64,000 bases of DNA from Betaproteobacteria bacterium. Its GTDB lineage: Bacteria > Pseudomonadota > Gammaproteobacteria > Burkholderiales > SG8-41. Below the pieces are notes generated by a model, which worked only from the letters and a program-made list of their open reading frames with translations, had not been told where the DNA came from and made no database searches. Positions within the stretch are counted from its first letter, which is position 1. Every line of letters begins with the position of its first letter. Where the stretch lies: the NCBI GenBank assembly GCA_021730905.1, contig JAKFYK010000013.1, positions 12,871-76,870 of the forward strand, written 5' to 3'. Positions 38,221 to 47,502 of the stretch are shown piece by piece. Made by a program: the position numbers and the translations under genes.

Positions 38221-39255
38221 ATGGAAAACCTGCAAGTAAAGTCACTGGCCTTATCGCAGCCGGCGGGAAAAATCACCGCCCCGGGCGAAGCGACAGCCAG
38301 CGATGTTGAAAGCGGCTCGCAAACAGGATTTCAGGCGTTACTCCAGCGCCTCATGGGGCTTGAAACCCATACGGAAGTACTGGCAACAGCAGCGCAGGAG
38401 ACCGACCGCGGCACAGGTGAAACGAAAGATGATCACCCGGTTATTGCAACCGATGGCATCCCCGGCACCTTGCCGCTACCGGCGATGGCACCGGCTGCCG
38501 GCGTAGCACCCCAGGAAAATGAAGTATCCACCTGCAGTGCTGCAGTCAAGGCTGACGAAATGGCCCAGCGTGTTTTCGGCAGCATATCCAAACCTGTCGT
38601 GGACGGGCAGAAAAATCTGGTACCGGGTGTGGCATCCGTTGCCGCCGAGCTGCAACCGGCTGTCGAGCATGTCGCCGCCGACAAGAACCTGCCGCGATTT
38701 CTGGATGTGGAATCGCACTCGGAGCTTCGTGATGGGCCGGCAAATCCGGCAGCAACGCATCTTGCGCAAGGCTTGCATCCCGCAGGACCTGCCCACGCCC
38801 ACTCGTCCGCGTCTGCTCAGACGCGGATCGACACGCCCATGGGCGCACCGGGATGGAACACTGAATTGGCGCAAAAGGTCGTCTGGATGGCTGGTGACAA
38901 ACAACAAATGGCTGAGTTGCGTGTCAATCCGCCCGATCTTGGACCGCTAAACATCAGGCTTTCAATGGATCAGCATCAGACGAACGCCCTGTTCACCTCG
39001 CCGCACAGCGAGGTGCGCGAAGCCATAGAAAGCGCTCTGCCGCGGCTGCGCGAGGTGCTTGCCGAAAGTGGCATCACGCTCGGCAATGCCAGTGTAACGG
39101 CCGACAGCCCCCGCGACGGATCGGCATTCGACCAGTCCCGGCAATCGCCGCCAGCGCAGGGTAGCACCCTTGATCCTGACGCCACGCCAGCATCGGAACC
39201 AGGACCCGCATCCCTGCACACACGAGGTGTTGGCCTGGTTGATCTATTCGCGTGA
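38221..39255 (+). CDS. fliK: Hook-length control protein
   Basis: The C-terminal domain reads WNTELAQKVVWMAGDKQQMAELRVNPPDLGPLNIRLSMDQHQTNALFTSPHSEVREAIESALPRLREVLAESGITLG. Confidence 0.88.
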   Translation: MENLQVKSLALSQPAGKITAPGEATASDVESGSQTGFQALLQRLMGLETHTEVLATAAQETDRGTGETKDDHPVIATDGIPGTLPLPAMAPAAGVAPQENEVSTCSAAVKADEMAQRVFGSISKPVVDGQKNLVPGVASVAAELQPAVEHVAADKNLPRFLDVESHSELRDGPANPAATHLAQGLHPAGPAHAHSSASAQTRIDTPMGAPGWNTELAQKVVWMAGDKQQMAELRVNPPDLGPLNIRLSMDQHQTNALFTSPHSEVREAIESALPRLREVLAESGITLGNASVTADSPRDGSAFDQSRQSPPAQGSTLDPDATPASEPGPASLHTRGVGLVDLFA

Positions 39256-39364
39256 GGATCGCGATACCAATTTTAAAGAACGTCGGAATTGGTCGCCTTT
39301 TCGTTCGATGTGTTACGCGTGCGGGCCAACATAATGTCCCTATCAAAAACATAAGGGTGCAACC

Positions 39365-40048
39365 ATGGCAGTCAGTGCGGTGAAAAAGGAAACAGCCAAG
39401 AAACAGGATGCTGCGGATTCCACCGCAGCGCCTGCATCGACCCCCAAAAAAAATAGCAAGTATTTGAAATTACTATCTTTTTTTATAATCGCCAGCGGCG
39501 TGGCAGGTGCAGGTGGCTATTGGTATCTGAAGCAGGGCAAGACCGATAAACCGGCCGAAACCAAGCTGCAACCCGCCAAACCTCCGGTGTATGTCCCGCT
39601 GGAAACCTTCACGGTCAATCTGCAACTCGAGGAGAGCCCCCAGTTCTTGCAGACCGGGCTCTCGCTGAAAGTATCCGATAGCACTGTGGTAGAGGCGCTG
39701 AAGATCCACATGCCGGAAGTACGGAACCGGGTCCTCCTGCTGCTATCCAGCCGCAAGGCTTCCGAATTGCTCACCGTCGCAGGCAAAAACAAACTGAGCG
39801 CCGATATTGTCGACGCCATCAACGCGATCCTTGCACCGGCGGCACCCAAAGAGGTGGCCCCTGACAAGGCGCCGACCGAATCAAAACCGCCCGCCAATGG
39901 CGACACCGCCGCGCCGACGGTAGCGGAGGAAAAGCCGCCCCAGGAAACCGTTGCGCCCGAACCTGCAACTGCAGTGGCGGCTGCCCCGGTGCCTGCCGCG
40001 CAAACGCCCGTTGTCGCGGTGTTGTTCACTTCGTTTATCGTTCAGTAG
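39365..40048 (+). CDS. fliL: Flagellar basal-body-associated protein FliL (with Pro/Ala-rich insertion)
   Basis: It has a TM segment (LLSFFIIASGVAGAGGYWYL), the core VYVPLETFTVNL...FLQTGLSLKV, and the C-terminus VLFTSFIVQ. Confidence 0.88.
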   Translation: MAVSAVKKETAKKQDAADSTAAPASTPKKNSKYLKLLSFFIIASGVAGAGGYWYLKQGKTDKPAETKLQPAKPPVYVPLETFTVNLQLEESPQFLQTGLSLKVSDSTVVEALKIHMPEVRNRVLLLLSSRKASELLTVAGKNKLSADIVDAINAILAPAAPKEVAPDKAPTESKPPANGDTAAPTVAEEKPPQETVAPEPATAVAAAPVPAAQTPVVAVLFTSFIVQ

Positions 40049-40055
40049 TCACGAG

Positions 40056-41036
40056 ATGAGTAATGATTTTCTAGGCCAGGAAGAAGTCGACGCTTTGCTC
40101 AAAGGCGTCACCGGCGAACCCGACGAAGTAAAAGAGGATGTCAATCCAACGGGCGTTCGCACCTACAATCTCGCGACCCAGGAACGCATCGTGCGCGGGC
40201 GCATGCCCACGCTGGAGATCATCAACGAACGATTTGCAAGGCTGCTACGCCTGGGACTATTCAACTTCGTACGGCGCAGCGCCGAAATTTCCGTGGGGCC
40301 GGTGCGTACCACCAAGTACAGCGAATTCATACGCAACCTGGTGGTACCCACCAATCTGAACATCGTGCAAATCAAGCCGCTGCGTGGCAACGCCCTGTTT
40401 ATTTTCGACCCCAATCTGGTGTTTCTGATTGTCGACAATTTGTTCGGCGGCAACGGCCAGATGCACACCCGGGTGGAAGGGCGCGACTTCACGCCTACAG
40501 AACAACGCATCATTCAGCTTTTGCTCGCCATTGTGTTTGAAGACCTCGAGAAGTCATGGGCCTCCGTCCATCAAGTCAAATTCGAGTATGTGCGTTCCGA
40601 AATGAACACGCAGTTCGCCAACATCGCCACGCCCAACGAAGTTGTCGTGGTCACGACGTTTACCATCGAATTTGGTTCGACCGGCGGCCAGTTTCACATC
40701 TGCATCCCCTACGCCACGATTGAGCCGATCCGCGATCAGCTCTACAGCAGCGTGCAAGGTGATCACATGGAAGTCGACAAACGCTGGGTGAGACTGTTGT
40801 CCAAGCAGGTACAAAGCGCCGAGGTCGAGCTGGTGCTCAACCTTGGCCACGCACAGCTCAAGATCGATCAACTGCTGGGCATGCAGGTGGGCGACGTTAT
40901 CTCGGTGGAGATACCGCAACCCATCCTCGCTGAAGTCGACGGTGTGCCGGTCATTGAATGCAAGTGCGGAATATTCAACGGCCAATACGCGCTGAAAGTG
41001 GAAAAGCTGCTGTCCAGCGCCGGCCAGGATGCATGA
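40056..41036 (+). CDS. fliM: Switch protein FliM
   Basis: I chose the ATG at 40056. The N-terminal CheY-P-binding-like peptide is MSNDFLGQEEVDALL. It also carries RMPTLEIINERFAR. Confidence 0.93.
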   Translation: MSNDFLGQEEVDALLKGVTGEPDEVKEDVNPTGVRTYNLATQERIVRGRMPTLEIINERFARLLRLGLFNFVRRSAEISVGPVRTTKYSEFIRNLVVPTNLNIVQIKPLRGNALFIFDPNLVFLIVDNLFGGNGQMHTRVEGRDFTPTEQRIIQLLLAIVFEDLEKSWASVHQVKFEYVRSEMNTQFANIATPNEVVVVTTFTIEFGSTGGQFHICIPYATIEPIRDQLYSSVQGDHMEVDKRWVRLLSKQVQSAEVELVLNLGHAQLKIDQLLGMQVGDVISVEIPQPILAEVDGVPVIECKCGIFNGQYALKVEKLLSSAGQDA

Positions 41037-41048
41037 CAGGAGAACCCA

Positions 41049-41462
41049 ATGACACAAGCTGCCACTGAAGAAAAAGTTTCCGCGGACGACTGGGCCGCGG
41101 CCATGTCCGAACAGGCCGCACCCGCGGTAAACGGCACGAAGCAGGTTGCCGCTCCGATTTTCGAGCAGTTCTCGGGCGGCGCCCAGAAGACCGGCATCAA
41201 CAACGACATCGACATGATTCTCGATATCCCGGTCCAGCTGACCGTTGAACTGGGCCGCACCAAGATTGCCATCAAGAGTCTGCTGCAGCTCGCGCAGGGG
41301 TCCGTGGTCGAACTCGATGGTCTCGCCGGAGAACCGATGGACGTTTTAGTCAACGGTTGCCTGATTGCTCAGGGCGAAGTAGTCGTTGTCAACGACAAAT
41401 TCGGCATCCGCCTAACCGATATCATTACGCCGTCCGAGCGCTTGCGGAAACTCAAGCGATGA
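41049..41462 (+). CDS. fliN: Switch protein FliN
   Basis: It carries DMILDIPVQLTVELGRTKIAIKSLLQLAQGSVVELDGLAGEPMDVLVNGCLIAQGEVVVVNDKFGIRLTDI. Confidence 0.95.
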   Translation: MTQAATEEKVSADDWAAAMSEQAAPAVNGTKQVAAPIFEQFSGGAQKTGINNDIDMILDIPVQLTVELGRTKIAIKSLLQLAQGSVVELDGLAGEPMDVLVNGCLIAQGEVVVVNDKFGIRLTDIITPSERLRKLKR

Positions 41463-41887
41463 AATGCCGTAGCGCCCGCATCTTCCTGGCAACTGGGAGC
41501 GGCTGCATAGCCCCGTTGGCGTTTGCCCAAACGCCTGCTGTCGCGGCAGTATCCGCCTCTGGCCAGATGGCAAGCCTGATCATCAGTACGGCAGCGGTCG
41601 TCGCGCTGATTGTCGCCGCCTCGTGGTTGCTCAAGCGCCTGGCGCCGCGCCGCTATTCCAGCAATGACACGCTGCGCGTGGTCGCCGGTACCGCGGTAGG
41701 CCAGCGCGAGCGCGTGGTCGTCGTTGAAATCGGAACGACCTGGCTGGTACTGGGCGTTGCGCCCGGCCACGTCAATGTCCTGCACCACCTGCCACGCGCC
41801 GAACCAGCCGAGAAACCCGTCGAGCCTCCGAACAAGCCGCGCACATTCGCGCAATGGCTTGCGCCCTTGATCAAAAAACCGCAATGA
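41459..41887 (+). CDS. fliO: Flagellar export protein FliO
   Basis: Its start overlaps the fliN stop as ATGA. It has one TM segment ([19 protein letters not shown]) and [21 protein letters not shown]. Confidence 0.85.
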   Translation: MKCRSARIFLATGSGCIAPLAFAQTPAVAAVSASGQMASLIISTAAVVALIVAASWLLKRLAPRRYSSNDTLRVVAGTAVGQRERVVVVEIGTTWLVLGVAPGHVNVLHHLPRAEPAEKPVEPPNKPRTFAQWLAPLIKKPQ

Positions 41888-42630
41888 AAACATATAGATG
41901 GAGATGGTGCCTGCTGGCGTTGTGCCTGCTGGCGTTGCCGGCCGTAGCGCAGACCGCTGCGTTGCCCGTAGGCACCAGCACGCCGGCGGCCGGCGGCGGA
42001 CAAACGTACAGTCTGAGCATACAGACCCTGTTGCTGCTGACTTCGCTCACCTTCCTGCCGGCGATCCTGCTGCTGATGACGGGATTTACGCGCATCATTA
42101 TCGTGCTTTCGCTGTTGCGTCAGGCACTCGGAACGCCGGCATCGCCGCCCAACCAGGTCTTGATCGGATTGTCGTTATTCCTGACCCTGTTCGTGATGTC
42201 GCCCACGCTGGACAAGATATACGCCGACGCCTATCAGCCCTTTTCCGAGGACAAGATCAGCCTCACCGTCGCAATTGAAAAAGGCAGCGTGCCGCTGCGC
42301 GCGTTCATGCTCAAGCAGACGCGCGAAGGCGATCTGGCGCTGTTCACCCAGATGTCGGGGCAGAAGGTGGAAAATTCAGCCCAAGTGCCGATGAAAATAC
42401 TCATCCCGGCCTACGTGGCCAGCGAATTGAAGACCGCCTTTCAAATCGGGTTCATCATCTTCATCCCGTTTCTCATCATCGACATGGTGGTGGCCAGCGT
42501 ACTGATGTCGATGGGCATGATGATGGTATCGCCGGCCATGGTGTCACTGCCCTTCAAGCTCATGATCTTTGTGCTGGTTGACGGCTGGGCTCTGCTGCTG
42601 GGCTCGCTCGCGCAGAGTTTTGCGGCATAA
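41884..42630 (+). CDS. fliP: Flagellar export gate protein FliP
   Basis: Its start overlaps the fliO stop as ATGA. It has a signal peptide and carries [32 protein letters not shown] and [19 protein letters not shown]. Confidence 0.95.
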   Translation: MKTYRWRWCLLALCLLALPAVAQTAALPVGTSTPAAGGGQTYSLSIQTLLLLTSLTFLPAILLLMTGFTRIIIVLSLLRQALGTPASPPNQVLIGLSLFLTLFVMSPTLDKIYADAYQPFSEDKISLTVAIEKGSVPLRAFMLKQTREGDLALFTQMSGQKVENSAQVPMKILIPAYVASELKTAFQIGFIIFIPFLIIDMVVASVLMSMGMMMVSPAMVSLPFKLMIFVLVDGWALLLGSLAQSFAA

Positions 42631-42653
42631 ACAGCACCTCACGGAAAACCGCC

Positions 42654-42923
42654 ATGACCGCCGAAACCGTCATCTCCCTTGGGCAACAGGCGTTGCTCAC
42701 CCTGCTGCTGGTCGCAGCGCCGATTCTGCTGGCGGCCCTGGCAGTCGGTCTGCTGGTCAGCATTTTTCAGGCAGCCACGCAAATCAATGAAATGACGCTG
42801 TCGTTCATTCCGAAACTCATTGCGGTGTTTGCCACCATGATCTTTGCCGGACCATGGATGACCGGGCTGCTCATCGACTACATTCGAAGATTGTTCACCA
42901 GCATTCCCGGCATGATCGGCTAG
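42654..42923 (+). CDS. fliQ: Flagellar export gate protein FliQ
   Basis: This 89-aa protein carries LLVAAPILLAALAVGLLVSIFQAATQINEMTLSFIPK. Confidence 0.95.
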   Translation: MTAETVISLGQQALLTLLLVAAPILLAALAVGLLVSIFQAATQINEMTLSFIPKLIAVFATMIFAGPWMTGLLIDYIRRLFTSIPGMIG

Positions 42924-42948
42924 CGCTCCGGTCGGCCCGCCACGACCC

Positions 42949-43734
42949 ATGATCACCCTGACTTCTGCCCAGCTCGACGGCTGGATCGCCATGATCGTGT
43001 GGCCACTGTCGAGAATTCTGGCGCTGATCGCAAGCGCTCCGATCACCGGCAACCAGCAGTTTCCGGCATCCGCCAAAATCGGCCTAGCGGTACTGATTAC
43101 CGCTCTCGTGGCCCCTACACTGCCTGCGTCCACTGTCATCGATCCCGGAAGCGGCGCCGGGATCCTGCTGCTCATCCGTGAAGTCCTCATCGGCCTTGCC
43201 ATGGGACTCGCGATGCGGGTGGTATTTGCCGGCGTGAGCATGGCAGGCGATCTGATAGGACTGCAAATGGGGATAGGCTTCGCGCAGTTCTACGATCCAC
43301 AAAGCAACAGCCAGGCACCCGTCACCGGGCAATTCCTTGGGCTGATCGCAACCTTGACGTTTCTATCCCTTAACGGCCACCTGATGCTGATTGCAACACT
43401 GGTGGAATCGTTTCAAAACACTCCGGTGGACAGCGCAGGAGCGCTCGCCGGCAACTGGATGCTGCTGGCCCAATGGGGAGGCACGATCATGCGTGCCGCG
43501 TTGCTGTTGTCGCTGCCGCTGATCGCCGTGCTGCTGATTACCAATATCGCGCTCGGCGTGCTCTCCAGGGCAGCGGCCCAGCTGAACATATTCGCCATAG
43601 GCTTTCCGATCACCCTCGGCGTCGGCTTCATCGCGCTGCTCATTTTCCTGCCTGCCATGATTCCGGTACTCGATAAACTGTTCAACGAGGGACTGCAAAC
43701 CATGCTGCGCATTGGCACGTTTACCCCACGGTAG
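42949..43734 (+). CDS. fliR: Flagellar export gate protein FliR
   Basis: This is a polytopic 261-aa protein following fliQ. It carries RILALIASAPI and FAIGFPITLGVGF. Confidence 0.92.
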   Translation: MITLTSAQLDGWIAMIVWPLSRILALIASAPITGNQQFPASAKIGLAVLITALVAPTLPASTVIDPGSGAGILLLIREVLIGLAMGLAMRVVFAGVSMAGDLIGLQMGIGFAQFYDPQSNSQAPVTGQFLGLIATLTFLSLNGHLMLIATLVESFQNTPVDSAGALAGNWMLLAQWGGTIMRAALLLSLPLIAVLLITNIALGVLSRAAAQLNIFAIGFPITLGVGFIALLIFLPAMIPVLDKLFNEGLQTMLRIGTFTPR

Positions 43735-43794
43735 GCAGGCAGCCGTATTGTTGAATGCCGCGCAACGGCGGACTGGCACTGCGGTGTGCGGAAA

Positions 43795-44229
43795 TCAGCG
43801 AACGATTTCGACGATGCCCTGCGCGACACGCTGCGCGACCGGAACGACCGAATCAATACCTTCTGAAAACTCGATAACACGATAACGCCCGCTGCCCAGT
43901 TCGCTCGCGATCTGCTCAGCGCGCCGGTAAAATGCCGGCACCGCTTCACCATCTCCACCAGTGGTGAACCGCTTTTTTCGCATCGCGATGCGAAAGCGAT
44001 TTTCACCCAGGCGCATTTGTTCGATATGCCAGTTCGGCGCCAGTGGATCGATAATCACGAACAGCAGCGCACCGGCGGCGATGCTCTCCAAGGGTATATG
44101 CAACGAATTGCTGATATTGAGCGTCTGACTGGGAATAATAACGCCCTTTGAACTTGCGTTCTCGATCGTTGAACAGCCACTGCAGGCGATCAGCGCGAAA
44201 AATAATGCGGCAGCGCGAGACAAATTCAT
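43795..44229 (-). CDS. Hypothetical lipoprotein, apparently co-transcribed with flgKL
   Basis: It has a lipobox (FFALIAC/SGC) after a short signal sequence. Its start lies 10 nt after the flgL stop. I recognise no family. Confidence 0.6.
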   Translation of the reverse strand: MNLSRAAALFFALIACSGCSTIENASSKGVIIPSQTLNISNSLHIPLESIAAGALLFVIIDPLAPNWHIEQMRLGENRFRIAMRKKRFTTGGDGEAVPAFYRRAEQIASELGSGRYRVIEFSEGIDSVVPVAQRVAQGIVEIVR

Positions 44230-44239
44230 TGATGCTCCT

Positions 44240-45547
44240 TCATAACAGGCTGAACAGATTAAGTGATGTCACCCTGAGAAACGATTTCTGTGCCGCTTCC
44301 AGCTGGGTTTGCTGCAAGGTAAGGTCGCTGATGGCTTTTGCATAGTCGAGATCCTGCAATCCCGAAAGCCGATTGTCGTATTGCAGCGAAAGATCTTCGC
44401 TGACGCCTTGTGCCGTATCCACTTCCTTGAGGCGCGCGCCAATATCCGCGCGCACTTTAAGCACATTGTCGAGTGCGTTGTCCAAACCCGACATGGAGGC
44501 ATTAAGTGAATTCTGATAAGCGGCCGCCGATGCGAGCGTAATACTCACGCCGCTTTGCAATGCAGTAATCAATCCGTGCAAAGTCGTGAATACATCGCGA
44601 TTGACGCTCGCCTTGACAGAAAAAGTATCGCCGTCGGCGGGGACGCCATCGACCGCCACCGCAGCCCCGAAGTCAAACGGTGCAGGATTGGTGTCGGGCG
44701 GGGATTGCCTGGTCAAGGAAATCGCGCCTCCCGCCACGTACGGACGCAAGTATGGCCCTGCGGCCGGCGCAATTCCGGTGAGGAGCGAAACATTGTTGAT
44801 GTTGTCCACGATATCGTAGGTCGTCTGCGGCGGCGTCACGCTGCCATCGACGTGAAATTTAATGGTGAAGTCCCTGGGATTCGCAGATGCATTCCAGCTT
44901 GTCGGGTTGGTGACGCTTCCGGGGCTGATGATGCCGCCACCGGCATTGGTTGCGCCCGGCGCCGCGGCAAATGTGCCATTCCCGTTCTTAATGGAGCGGA
45001 ACACCGCGTCGCCGGAATCGCTGATCGCGATCGTTCGTGCCGGACCTATTTTTATCGATCGCTCTCCGCCATCGCCGGCATAGGCAACCGTACCTGGACC
45101 GGTTTCCGCAAACGGTTGCGTGGCGCCCTGATAGCCTGAAAACAAGTACTGGCCGTTGCCGTTTCCGCGATTGGCGATTGCAACGAGTTCCTCGTAGCGG
45201 CTCCGCAACTCGGTAGCCAGTATTGCGCGGTCGGTATTAGTCAGCGACGCATTACCTGCATATACGGCCAGCGTCTTGACGTCCTGAAGCAGCGTCGTGA
45301 TATCGGCGAGCGCGCCTTCTTCTTCCGACAATTGTGATTTTGCATGGTCGCCGTTGACATGGTACTGGTTGTTCAATGCCTGTGACTGCTTGAGATCAAG
45401 CGTGGTTGCCGCCGCGACCGGATCGTCAGAAGGCGTGAGTACGCGCCGGCCACTTGAGATTTGTTGCTGCAAGCGCACCAGATCCTGCTGGCGCTGTTGC
45501 ACACTGGCAATCCCAAGCTCATAAATCATGTTGGTGCTGGTACGCAT
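44240..45547 (-). CDS. flgL: Hook-filament junction protein FlgL
   Basis: The N-terminus reads MRTSTNMIYELGIASVQQRQQDLVRLQQQISSGRRVLTPSDDPVAAA, and the C-terminus reads LTLQQTQLEAAQKSFLRVTSLNLFSLL. Confidence 0.92.
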   Translation of the reverse strand: MRTSTNMIYELGIASVQQRQQDLVRLQQQISSGRRVLTPSDDPVAAATTLDLKQSQALNNQYHVNGDHAKSQLSEEEGALADITTLLQDVKTLAVYAGNASLTNTDRAILATELRSRYEELVAIANRGNGNGQYLFSGYQGATQPFAETGPGTVAYAGDGGERSIKIGPARTIAISDSGDAVFRSIKNGNGTFAAAPGATNAGGGIISPGSVTNPTSWNASANPRDFTIKFHVDGSVTPPQTTYDIVDNINNVSLLTGIAPAAGPYLRPYVAGGAISLTRQSPPDTNPAPFDFGAAVAVDGVPADGDTFSVKASVNRDVFTTLHGLITALQSGVSITLASAAAYQNSLNASMSGLDNALDNVLKVRADIGARLKEVDTAQGVSEDLSLQYDNRLSGLQDLDYAKAISDLTLQQTQLEAAQKSFLRVTSLNLFSLL

Positions 45548-45556
45548 GGATTTAAC

Positions 45557-47458
45557 CTACCTTCCCAGATCAAGCACAGTCTGGAACAACGTCGATGCGA
45601 TCTGTATCACCTTGCCAGCAGCCTGATAGGCCTGTTGATAGCGCAACAAATTGGCGGCCTCTTCGTCAAGATTGACGCCCGACAGCGACTGCTGTGCCTG
45701 TGTCGCCTGATCCACAACCGTGGCTTGCGCCTGTGAAATGATTTCGACCTGCCGAGTCTTGTTGCCGACCATAGCGACCATTTGGCTGTAAGCGCCCTGG
45801 TAACCCGTGGTCCCGCCCGCGAGCGTTTTCTGCGTTTGTAAAGCACCCAGTAACAGGGCATTTCGCCCGTCGGCAACACCGCCGCTGTTAGGCGTTATCG
45901 TAAACACGTCTCCAGCGGCAGGATTGCCCTGCAGTTGAACCGTCCAGCCGTTGTAACTGATGTTTGCACCTGCGGTGTACGCCACGCCGGTGGGATTGCC
46001 CGTACCGCTACCCGATACGTCAAAGGTCGACGCGCCGGTAAATGTAATCGTCACCGGCTGTTGTAAATTGCCGTTGGGCGGCGATGGCGCATTCACCGTT
46101 CCGACGCTGATCGTTCCCGATCCTGTATTGGCGCTTGCCCCTGCCGTGCGGACGGGTGCGGCAGCGGCAATTTGCGCAGGGTCACGAAGACTCATTGCAA
46201 TATTGCGGGCCGCGCTGCGCGTCGGCTCGATCAGAAAGCTGTCGCCAGCGCCTGCAGCGCCGGAGAGCAGAGACAACGTCACACCGTCTACCGTCTGCGG
46301 CAACGACGCGTAGGTGGTGGTAGTGTTGTCAGATAGTCGCGTTAGCGTGTAATTTGCTCCGGTATAGGTAAGGCGATAATCACTGGCGGTCAATGCGCCG
46401 GCGTTGCTGATCGCCGCTGCTATGACAGCGCTGCCTGTGTTGTTGGACTTGCCGAACACCTCTGGCGCAGGCGCCGAGAAAAAGCTTCCACCCAGCGTAC
46501 CGCTCAGATCCTGCCCCAATTGATGTTGATCGTTGAATGTCAGCGCTAGTCCGGTTGCGACCCGACCCAGCGCATTCTCCGCGGCAACGAGTTCATTGCC
46601 GCGAAACGCCAGTAAGGCGCCCAGACTGCCGCCCTGCAAACTTGCCTGATTGAGCGGCGTTGCAGTCCCGCCAACGACATAACTGACGTCAAGCTGCGAT
46701 GGATCGGAAAGGGACTGCGCCACGGTTAACTTCATGGCCTGCTGGCCTACCACCAGATTCTGGCCGTTACCAATGAATATGTTGATGGTACCGTCGCGCT
46801 GGACAACCGTGGTGGCACCCACCAGCTTGTTCAACTGGCTCACCAATATATCGCGTTGGTCAAGCAAGTCGTTAGGCGGTTGCATCGGGCTTTGCTGCGC
46901 GACGAGTATACGTCCGTTAAGCGCCGCAATTTGTTGTGCATAGGAGTCGATTTCTCCTACCGTGCTCGTCACCTGGGAATCAACACCAGCGTGCAGTTCA
47001 TCAAAACGCGCCGCAAGCGCATTGAATCGGGAAACCAGCGCCGCGCCGGCTGACAGCATCAGCTGGCGCGTGGGTATGCTGGAAGGATCGGCAGCTACCC
47101 CTTGTGCTGCGGAAAAAAAATCCTGCAATGCGGGCGACAACCCGGCATGGGTGTCGGCCACGATGTTGTCAATCTGGCTCAGTTGCGCGTGGTATGTGGC
47201 ATAGTAACTTGCCTGCGCCTGCGCCTCGACCAGGTGAGTTTCCAGAAATCCGCTATACGCGCGCAGCACCGTATCCACCTGCGTGCCCTGGCCAAAGAAC
47301 CCGCTTCCCGTTAATAGCGGTATCGCCGTGCTTTGCTGGATAGTCTGGCGGTGATAGCCTGCGGTACTGGCGTTGGCGATATTGTGCCCAGTCGTGACGA
47401 GTCCGGCCTGCGCAGCGGATAACCCGCTGACTCCTATGCTGAAAATGCTATCGCTCAT
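45557..47458 (-). CDS. flgK: Hook-filament junction protein FlgK
   Basis: It carries IGVSGLSAAQAGLVTTGHNIANASTAGYHRQ and the C-terminus GVNLDEEAANLLRYQQAYQAAGKVIQIASTLF. Confidence 0.93.
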   Translation of the reverse strand: MSDSIFSIGVSGLSAAQAGLVTTGHNIANASTAGYHRQTIQQSTAIPLLTGSGFFGQGTQVDTVLRAYSGFLETHLVEAQAQASYYATYHAQLSQIDNIVADTHAGLSPALQDFFSAAQGVAADPSSIPTRQLMLSAGAALVSRFNALAARFDELHAGVDSQVTSTVGEIDSYAQQIAALNGRILVAQQSPMQPPNDLLDQRDILVSQLNKLVGATTVVQRDGTINIFIGNGQNLVVGQQAMKLTVAQSLSDPSQLDVSYVVGGTATPLNQASLQGGSLGALLAFRGNELVAAENALGRVATGLALTFNDQHQLGQDLSGTLGGSFFSAPAPEVFGKSNNTGSAVIAAAISNAGALTASDYRLTYTGANYTLTRLSDNTTTTYASLPQTVDGVTLSLLSGAAGAGDSFLIEPTRSAARNIAMSLRDPAQIAAAAPVRTAGASANTGSGTISVGTVNAPSPPNGNLQQPVTITFTGASTFDVSGSGTGNPTGVAYTAGANISYNGWTVQLQGNPAAGDVFTITPNSGGVADGRNALLLGALQTQKTLAGGTTGYQGAYSQMVAMVGNKTRQVEIISQAQATVVDQATQAQQSLSGVNLDEEAANLLRYQQAYQAAGKVIQIASTLFQTVLDLGR

Positions 47459-47502
47459 GTTATGTACGCCGTAACGTTAGTAAACCGTGTGTTCGGTTAA
47501 CG

